DNA of 63,463 nucleotides, filler included, from Chiloscyllium plagiosum (Eukaryota), in assembly GCF_004010195.1 (NCBI RefSeq). It is 4 parts of one record of this genome, joined end to end, with 100 filler letters (N's around TTAATTAATTAA, not from the genome) between each part and the next. Parts side by side here need not be neighbours in the genome. Positions count along the whole stretch, not along the records: positions 31,835 to 57,678 come from NC_057716.1; positions 57,779 to 63,463 come from NC_057716.1; 2 more parts are not named here. One strand, written 5' to 3'. Below, piece by piece: positions 55,150-63,463 of the stretch. The notes below the pieces were generated by a model that saw nothing but the letters and a program-made list of their open reading frames with translations, was not told the origin of the DNA and ran no database searches. The position numbers and the translations under genes were made by a program. Numbering within the stretch: the stretch's first letter is position 1; the number at the start of each line of letters is the position of its first letter.

Positions 55150-57678
55150 TTTCCTTACTGCAGCTTGAATTTGGACAGTTTGTGAGACACAGCAGTGAAC
55201 CTGCACAGTTACTGCCTTTGCTGTTTGAATTCATGTATCGCTGGACATCAGAGTGCTTCTGGGAAAATTAACAAACAGTGAAATTCACAACTAATCTTGG
55301 AGGAACCTGTTTGGGAGACGTCATGGCAGAAACAGATAAGTGAATTGTTTTTATTGTGGCCTTTCTGTAAATCTGCAGTAGTGACTAGAGTGGGTTCTTG
55401 CTTGATTATATGTTGTATTGAGATATCTCAATATAAGCCATAAATATTAATTTAACCTGGAGCAGGGATTTGTAGAGGAATAAGACAGGGGTATTTTCTG
55501 GGTCTGTAGATTGAAAGAGGCAAAAATACCCTTTAGTAGAGTGATATGCTCTTGTTAGATGTGGGACTGCAGGAAGAGTTTATGTGTTACTGAGGATTAT
55601 ATCTGCAATAAATGCCATTGGTTGCGAATCCTATCAGATAGAATGGATCAGTTGGAGAGCCAGTTAAAGGCAATGAGGAATTTACAAGAGCAAGTAGGTG
55701 TAAGGGATGACAGTTAGAGGAAGAGGGAAGGTCTCAGATACAGTCACATAGATGGATTAATTCCAGAAAAGGTAAAAGAGGTTGGCAGTTAGTTCAGGAG
55801 TCTTCTGTGGCTATCCCCATTTCAAACAAGTACACTTGTGGAAAATGTAGGGGATGATGGATTCTCCAAGGAATGTGGCATGAACAGCCAAATTTCTGGC
55901 ACTGAGACTGGCTCTAATGCAATGAGGGGTACGTCGGGTTTCAAGCGATCAATTGTGTTAGGGGACTCTCTAGTCTGAGATACAGACAGACGTTTCTGTG
56001 GCCAGCAGCAAAAAATAAGAATGGTTTGTTGCTTCCCTGGTGCCAGGATCAAGGATGTCTCAGAGAGGGTGCAGAATGTTCTCATGGGGGAGAGAGGCCA
56101 GCAGGAGGTCATTGTCCACATTGGAACCAACGACATAGGAAGGGAAAAGGATGAGATTCTGAAAGGAGAATATAGAGAGTTAGGCAGGAATTTAAAAAGG
56201 AAGTCTTTGAAAGTAGTAATATCCGGATTACTCTCCGGTGCTACAAGCTAGTGAGGGTAGGAATAGGAGGATAGANNNNNNNNNNNNNNNNNNNNNNNNN
56301 NNNNNNNNNNNNNNGACATAGGAAGGGAAAAGGATGAGATTCTGAAAGGAGAATATAGAGAGGCAGGAATTTAAAAAGGAAGTCTTCGAAAGTAGTAATA
56401 TCCGGATTACTCCCGGTGCTACAAGCTAGTGAGGGCAGGAATAGGAGGATAGAGAAGATGAATGCATGGCTGAGGAGTTGGTGTATGGGAGAAGGATTCA
56501 CATTTTTGGATCATTGGCATCTCTTTTGGGTAGAAGTGACCTGTACAAGAAGGACAGATTGCACCTAAATTGGAAGGGGACTAATATACTGGCAGGGAGA
56601 TTTGCTAGAGCTGCTCGGGAGCTCAGGAGGATTTAAACTAGTAAGGTGGTTGGTGTGGGACCCAGAGAGATAGTGAGGAAAGAGGTCAATCTGAGACTGG
56701 TACGGTTGAGAACAGAAGCAACTCAGTCAGGGCAGGCAGGGACAAAGCAGAGAACAAGGTAGGACTGATAAATTAAACTGCATTTATTTCAATGTAAGGG
56801 GCCTAACAGGGAAGGCAGATGAACTCAGGGCATGGTTAGAAACATGGGACTGGGACATCATAGCAATTACAGCAACATGGCTCAGGGATGGGCAGGACTG
56901 GCAGCTTAATGTTCCAGGATACAAATGCTACAGGACGGTCAGAAGGGGAGGCAAGAGAGCAGGGGGAGTGGCATTTTTGATAAGGGATAGCATTACAGCT
57001 GTGCTGAGGGAGGATACCCCCGGAAATACATCCAGGTAAGTTATTTGGGTGGAACTGAGAAATAAGAAAGGGATGCTCACCTTATTGGGATTGTATTATA
57101 GACCCCCCTAATAGTCAAAGGGAAATTGAGAAACAAATTTGTAAGGAGATCTCAGCTATCTGTAAGAATTATACACTGGTTATGGTGGGGGATTTTAACT
57201 TTCCAAACATAGACTGGGACTGCCATAGTGTTAAGGGTTCAGATGGAGAGGAATTTGTTAAGTGTGTACAAGAACATTTCTGATTCAGTATGTGGATGTA
57301 CCGACTAGGGAAGGTGCAAAACACTTGGGAAATAAGGCAGGGCAGGTGACTGAGGTGTCAGTGAGGGAGCACTTTGGGGCCAGTGATCATAGCTCTATTA
57401 CTTTTAAAATAATGATGGAAAAAGATAGACCAGAGCTAAAAGTTGAAGTTCTAAATTGGGGAAAGGCCAATTTTGACGGTATTTGGCAAGAACTTTCAAA
57501 AGCTGATTGGAGGCAGATGTTCGCAGGTAAAGGGACGGCTAGAAAATGGGAAGCCTTCAGAAATGAGATAACGAGAATCCAGAGACAGTATATTCCTGTT
57601 GGGGTGAAAGGAAAGGCTGATAGTTATAGGGAATGCCGGATGACTAAAGAAATTGATGGTTTGGTTAAGAAAAAGAAG
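55150..57678 (+). mobile_element. 5' half of a CR1 LINE: 5' UTR, ORF1 (Cys-rich/coiled coil plus SGNH esterase) and ORF2 AP endonuclease
   Basis: ICNKCHWL, IVLGDSLV, VCCFPGARIKDV, VIVHIGTNDIG, then CIYFNVRGL, YYRPP, GDFNFP, SDH; stops and frameshifts present. Confidence 0.88.
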
Positions 57679-57778
57679 NNNNNNNNNNNNNNNNNNNNNN
57701 NNNNNNNNNNNNNNNNNNNNNNTTAATTAATTAANNNNNNNNNNNNNNNNNNNNNNNNNNNNNNNNNNNNNNNNNNNN
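57679..57778. other. Artificial contig spacer N44-TTAATTAATTAA-N44
   Basis: Identical structure to the 15854 spacer. Confidence 0.95.
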
Positions 57779-58997
57779 CGAAGGAGGGTGTCAGTGGAAG
57801 GGTACTGGTTGGGTCAGCGGGAGATGAAGAAGTGGAGGGCTTGGAGGCCTTCGTGATGGGGGATGGAAGTATATAGGGACTGGATGTCCATCGTGAAGAT
57901 ATGGCTTTGGGGGCCGGGGAAGCAAAAATCATGGAGGAGGTGGAGGGCGTGGGCGGTGTCCCGAATGCAGGTGGGGAGTTCTTGGACTAAGGGGGACAGG
58001 ACAGTGTCGAGGTATGCAGAGATGAGTTCGGTGAGGCAGGAGCAGGCCGAGACAATGAGTCGGCCGGGGCAGTCAGGTTTGTGGATTTTGGGTAGGAGGT
58101 AGAAATGGGCGGTGCGGGGTTGTGGGACTATGGGGTTGGAGGCAGTGGATGGGAGATCTCCTGAGGTGATGAGGTTATAGATGGTCTGGGAGATGATGAT
58201 TTGGTGGTGTAAGGTGGGGTCATGGTCAAGGGGGCGGTAGGAGGAGGTGTCTGCGAGTTGGCGTCTAGCTTCAAAGGTGTAAAGATCGGTGTGCCAAACT
58301 ACCACTGCACCTCCCTTGTCTGCCGGTTTGATGGTGAGGTTGGGGTTGGAGCGGAGGGAGTGGAGGGCTGCATGTTATGAGGGTGAGAGGTTGGTGTGGG
58401 GAGAAGGGGTGGTCAGAGGGTGGGCGAGAATCCTGGTTGAAGAAGTAGGCGCGGAGGCGAAGGCGGCGGAAGAAATGCTCGATATCTAGCCGCGTATCGA
58501 ACGCATTGATCTGGGAGTATAAGGGGATGAAGGTGAGGTCTCTGCTGAGGACTGATCATTAATCCTCGGAGAGGGGGAGGTCTGGAGGGATAGTGAAAAT
58601 ACAGCAGGGCTGCGAGCTAGGACCTGGGACCTGGTGTGGGGCTGGGAGTGGGGGGCAGAGTTAGTCGTGAGGGCGGAGTTAGTCGTGGGGTGGAGTCGGT
58701 TGTGGGGGCGGACATGCAATCTTCTTCCCGATCTCTCCGCCCCCACCCCCTCTCCGGCCTATCACCCTCACCCTCACCTCCTTCCAACTATCGTATTCCC
58801 CGCGCCCCTCCCCCAAATTCCCTCCCTCCTACCTTTTATCTCAGCCCGCTTGGCACACCAGCCTCATTCCTGAAGAAGGGCTTGTGCCCGAAACGTCGAT
58901 TCCCCTGCTCCTCGGATGCTGCCTGGCCTGCTGTGTTTTTCCAGCACCACATTTTTCAACTCTGGTACTCCAACATCTGCAGTCCTCACTTTCTCCT
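57779..58997 (-). mobile_element. Penelope-like element RT region with an inverted terminal repeat (~58725-58997 on +)
   Basis: FYLLPKIHKPDCPGRLIVSACSC..FTMDIQSLYTSIPH on minus; the hammerhead-bearing end lies on the opposite strand. Confidence 0.88.
58867..58900 (+). ncRNA. Minimal type I hammerhead ribozyme motif (PLE family C)
   Basis: CTGAAGA-a-gggc/ttgt/gccc-GAAACGTC at 58870-58897. Confidence 0.7.
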
Positions 58998-60040
58998 GTG
59001 AGTAATGAGTGCCAACAAACTGTTCCAAGACAATAGCATCGCCACCTATTGTCTTCCAAATTTCCAGAAGAAATCAGAGGATCATACTTATTAATGAGAA
59101 TTCATAGAATCACAGAATGATAAAGAAAAGCCATGTGGCCAGTCATAATGTGCCCGATCTTTGTAAGTTCTAACTAATTAGTGCTGGGCCATTAGTCTTT
59201 TCCCATATCTCCTAAAAAAAACTTGCCTTTTTAAGTGTTTTTTTTTTGTTAATTCATTCATTGGATTTGGCTGGTGCTGGCAATACCAGTGGTTATTATC
59301 TATCCTTAACTGCCTTTGAGTTTCTTAAAACCTGCATTGTTTTCTCAGTCATTTCAGAGAGCAGTTAAAGCATTAAACACTTTGCTCTGGGCCTAATGTC
59401 CATGACAGTAGATAAAACCAGCAGATTTCTTTTCCAAAGAACTTTGGTAATCTGTAGGGTTCACTTTTATCCAACTTCCATTTAAAATTTGTAACTGAAT
59501 TTGTCTCATGCATCATTCCAGACCATGATAACTCATTGCCTTAATATATTTTTCCATATGTAGTTGGTTGTGTTGCCAATTACTTCAATCTGTGTCCTAT
59601 GGTTATTGATCCTTCTGACATTGGGAACTTGGTTTCCTTATTTACTTTAGCAACTCCCTTCAAGATTTTGAACACCTCTCTCAAGCTTTACTTTCACTTT
59701 CTCTGTTTTAAACAAAACACCCCCAGTTTCTGTAGTATCTCCTTATAACGGAAATAAAACTGTAAATTGCTGGAGAAATTGCTGGAGAAACTCAGCAGAT
59801 CTGGCAGCATCTGTGGAAGCATCAGAACCAAAGTTGGGTCACTGGACCAAAAACATCAGCTCTACTTTCTTTCTGCAGATATTGCCAGACTTGCTGAGCT
59901 TCTCCAGAAATTTCTGATTTTGTTTGCAGATTGCTTCCTTATAACTGAAGTTTATTGAGTCAATTTCTGCACTGTGCCATTAAAACCAAACTTCCCACAA
60001 AATGGCAAGCATCCCTTTCACAGACCATACATTGCTCACC

Positions 60041-60254
60041 GCTGAAAATGTGTTGCTGGTAAAGCGCAGCTGGTCAGGCAGCATCCAGGGAACAGGAGAA
60101 TCGACGTTTCGGGCATAAGCCCTTCTTCCTGAAGAAGGGCTTATGCCCGAAACGTCGATTCTCCTGTTCCCTGGATGCTGCCTGACCTGCTGCGCTTTAC
60201 CAGCAACACATTTTCAGCTCTGATCTCCAGCATCTGCAGTCCTCACTTTCTCCT
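60041..60254. mobile_element. Palindromic non-autonomous Penelope-derived element (young copy)
   Basis: Near-perfect inverted arms centred at ~60129; exact 15-bp TSD catacattgctcacc at 60026-60040 and 60255-60269. Confidence 0.85.
60126..60160 (+). ncRNA. Minimal type I hammerhead ribozyme motif (PLE family C) in a palindromic element
   Basis: CTGAAGA-a-gggc/ttat/gccc-GAAACGTC at 60129-60156. Confidence 0.7.
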
Positions 60255-60294
60255 CATACATTGCTCACCCTCAATTCAGGTCTTCTCGCACAAC

Positions 60295-60880
60295 TGAGAA
60301 GTCATGTTGCAGCTGTATGGGACATTGGTTAAGCATTTTTGGAACGCTGTGTTCAATTCTAGTCTCCCTGTTAAAGGGAAGATGTGTTGACAGGGTTCAG
60401 AAAAGATTTTACAAAGATGTTGGCAAGGTTGGAGGGTTTGGGCTACAGGGAGAGACTGAATAGGTTGGGGCTATTTTCCATGGAGCGTCGGTCGCTGAGG
60501 GGTAGCCTTATAGAAGTTTATAAAATCATGAGGGGCGTGGATAGGGTGAAGAAGCAAAGTCATTTCCCCAGGGCTGGGGGAGTCCAAAACTAGAGGGCAT
60601 AGGTTTAAGGTCAGGGCGGAAAGATTCTAAATGGACCTAAGGGACAACTTTTTCACACAGAGGGTGGTGCATATATGGAATGTACTGCCAGAGGAAGTGG
60701 TGGACACTGGTACAATTATGACATTTAAAAGGCATGTAGATGGGTATATGAGTAGGAAGGGTTTAGAGGGATAGGGCCAAATGCTGACAAATGGGACTAG
60801 ATGAATTTAGGATACCTGGTCAACATGGACGAGTTGGTTCGAAGGGTCTGTTTCATGCTATACCTCTCTCTGACTCTATG
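60295..60880 (+). mobile_element. CR1 3' end
   Basis: RERLNRLGLFSMERRSLRGSLIEVYKIMRG plus 3' UTR. Confidence 0.88.
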
Positions 60881-61244
60881 CGTCTCAAATAGAAACTTAA
60901 TATTCTAATGTGCAAACCATGTGAAACTGTAAATTGTTGCTTCTCTTTTTCCAGTCATATCTTTCTCCCATCATATTTACAAGTTGAATTCTGATGAATT
61001 CAGCACATGTTATCAGGCAAATCATATCTCTGCTTTAGTTAGTGAGTCACTCCTACTCATGCCCTCTGGCTTTGGACTCTGTGAAAGCATTGAGAAAGAG
61101 GTCTATCTACACTTGTGGTTCAAAGGCAGCATATGGAACATTGATTTGGAGGTGGTGGGGAAGACACTGGTCATGTAGTGGAATCTCCACTTCAAGGTTT
61201 ACCACTTCCATCATCCCTCTCATTCCCTGATGTATATCTCTGCT

Positions 61245-61890
61245 AACAGTATGCTGGGTCAAAGAGAGTGGTGCTAGAAAAGCACAGCAGGTCAGGCAGC
61301 ATCTGAGGAGCAGGAGAATTGATGTTTTGGGCATAAGCCCTTCATCAGGAATAAGTCTTGTGGGCTAAGGGGGTGCTGAGAGATAAATGGGAGGGGGTTG
61401 AGGGTAGAGGGAAGGTAGCTGGGAATGCGATAAGTAGATGAAGGTAGGGGTGAAAATGATAGAGGGTCTATAAAGGAGGGCATGCCTGCTTGCCCTGGGG
61501 GGGGGGGGGGGGGGGGGGGGAGATAAAGTGTTCAACCACAGGGTGGTGCAGTTGGTTACTGCATGCATCTCAGAGATGTTCTCTGAAACAATTGACAAGG
61601 AGGCATCCTGTCTCCCCACTGTACAGGAGACCATATCGGGTGCAACGGGCACAGTAGATAATGTGTATGGAAGTACAGGATGTGGAAGGCTCCCTTGGGG
61701 CCTTGTATGGAGGAGAGGGGGGAGAGTTGGGCACAGATTTTGCGCTTTTTGTGGTAGCAGGGGAAGGTGCCAGGAAGGTAAGAGAAGGCCCCAAATGATC
61801 TACGCTCATCCCTATCCAAGGTCCCAAAGGATATACCCCTCCCAGCACCTTCCCCTGCCACCGCAAGAAGTGGCAAAACATTGACTCCAC
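61245..61890 (-). mobile_element. Decayed Penelope-like element fragment
   Basis: IIYCARCTRYGLLYSGET..FREHL (GIY-YIG remnant); family-C end with a mutated hammerhead at ~61320-61348. Confidence 0.8.
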
Positions 61891-62582
61891 AGCATGATCT
61901 CAGTGCCTTTCTGTGACAACTTGAAACTTCTTCAACTTGCATTTTTAAAGTGTTCTGAGAAATGAGAGTTGAAATTCCAGCATATGGGTCATCATTAAGT
62001 CTGTTGACACTAATTTAATAGGAAACCCAGAAGTAAAATGGAGTAGAGTTTAAAAATCACTGACATTTAATCAATTAGGGAATTGAGGAGTATTGGGAAA
62101 AGGTTGAAAGTGGAAATAAGGATGGATCTGTTGGCACTGATGTGAGCCAGTCTTTCCTGCAGTAAGACAAAGGGAAGGATTGAGTATGAAGGGAGTGGAT
62201 GGGAGAGCTGTTAGTGGTAGTGCAGGAGCAGGAAGGATGATAAAGTGCACCCAGTGAGTGAGGAGCAAGCCCAGACAACAGTAAACATTCATAGTTTGTG
62301 AAGATGAGGTGGGTGTGAGCTTTTGATTGGACATGATGCCTAAGGGCTTGATTGCATTATTAATGAGTTGGAGAGCAGAGATTTGCAGGAGAGATGTTGT
62401 TTCTAACATTGGCGACAAGTGCCATGAATCCCCCTCGACAAACACTTCATAATTGAAAACAAACATTATGTCCCTTACTTGAAGCATACAAGATTCATAG
62501 AGAACTTGATGCAGAAGGTGGATGCAGCAAGGTAATTTGCCCTTGTAGGGGAGGCTGGGACCAAAGGTCGTACTCTCAGAAT

Positions 62583-62868
62583 CGGGATGGGACCATTCGC
62601 CGCTGGGGATGATTCGCCACCGCAAGTGTTTGTAACTCAGTTTTATGTATAAACCAATAAAATGATATTTACTTCACCTCTTTTTTTATTCAATATGTAG
62701 TATGGAGTTGTATAAATAAAGGGGACTGAGAAGTATGAAAGAGCAGGCGGGAGGGAAAACAATCAGTACATATATATATTTCTGATGGCGAATAGTCTCC
62801 AGGGGTCAAATGACCCCAGTGGCTAATCGGTGGCGGTGAATGTGCTGTGGGGAATCATCATCAACCCC
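62583..62868. mobile_element. Short non-autonomous DNA transposon (hAT-like MITE) inside a CR1 remnant (~62540-63160)
   Basis: Exact 8-bp TSD ctcagaat (62575-82, 62869-76); imperfect inverted termini with repeated ATTCGCC-type subterminal motifs; AT-rich core. Confidence 0.65.
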
Positions 62869-63284
62869 CTCAGAATAAGGGGTCACATATTTAAATCAGA
62901 GATGGGAAGGAATTTCTTCTGTCAGAGGATGGTAAATCTGTGGAGTTACTTATCACAGAGGGCTGTCAAGGCTGTGTCATTAATCATATTCAAGGCTGAG
63001 AGAGACAGGTTTTTATTCAGGAAAGGAATCAGGGGTTAAGGGGATAAGGTAGGAAAGCAGAGTGGAGGATGATCAGATCAGCCATGACCTCATTAATTGG
63101 TGAAGTGGACTCAATCGGCTGAATGGCTTGTTATGTTGCCATGTCTTATGGCCTTCTTCATTCTAATGTATCTTGGCACCTCTTTCTGCTTCTTTCATTC
63201 TAGATTTGTTTCTTATACAGCACAGTTACACTGTAATACCATCAGGCCACTCGGCTGTGATCAGCTTAACACTGACCAGGTATT

Positions 63285-63463
63285 GAACATAGAACATAGA
63301 ACATAGAACAATACAGCACAGAACAGGCCCTTCGGCCCACAATGTTGTGCCGAACATTTGTCCTAGCTTAAGCACCTATCCATGTACCTATCCAATTGCC
63401 GCTTAAAGGTCACCAATGATTCTGACTCTGCCATTCCCACAGGCAGCACATTCCATGCCCCCA
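63285..63463 (-). mobile_element. CR1 3' end, same young subfamily as 15546-15853
   Basis: (gaacata)n tail and near-identical following ~130 bp. Confidence 0.8.

Noticed and set aside
56132..56455. Apparent ~140-bp tandem duplication either side of a 39-N gap
   Set aside because: Typical unmerged contig overlap or haplotype artefact within a CR1 copy.

Overview
Eukaryotic genomic DNA from a cartilaginous fish, most likely a shark (inferred from HE1/V-type and Deu-type SINEs and abundant CR1 and Penelope families). It is not one continuous molecule: three 100-bp spacers (N44-TTAATTAATTAA-N44 at 15854, 31735 and 57679) join four blocks. Block 1 carries six consecutive coding exons of TRAK2 (HAP1-N coiled-coil region, + strand), including one GC-AG intron. 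Block 3 carries the neuropeptide precursor gene FAM237A/NPGL (- strand, two coding exons; the N-terminal part probably lies in a 500-N gap). Most of the rest is decayed, often nested mobile DNA: CR1 LINEs, one L1, Penelope-like elements (PLEs), tRNA-derived SINEs, Harbinger remnants, a solo LTR and a hAT-like MITE. The most notable non-genic signal is a set of minimal type I hammerhead ribozyme motifs from three distinct PLE families, including a ~215-bp palindromic non-autonomous element present twice with target-site duplications. Exon, TSD and ribozyme coordinates were read base by base; most other repeat boundaries are approximate.
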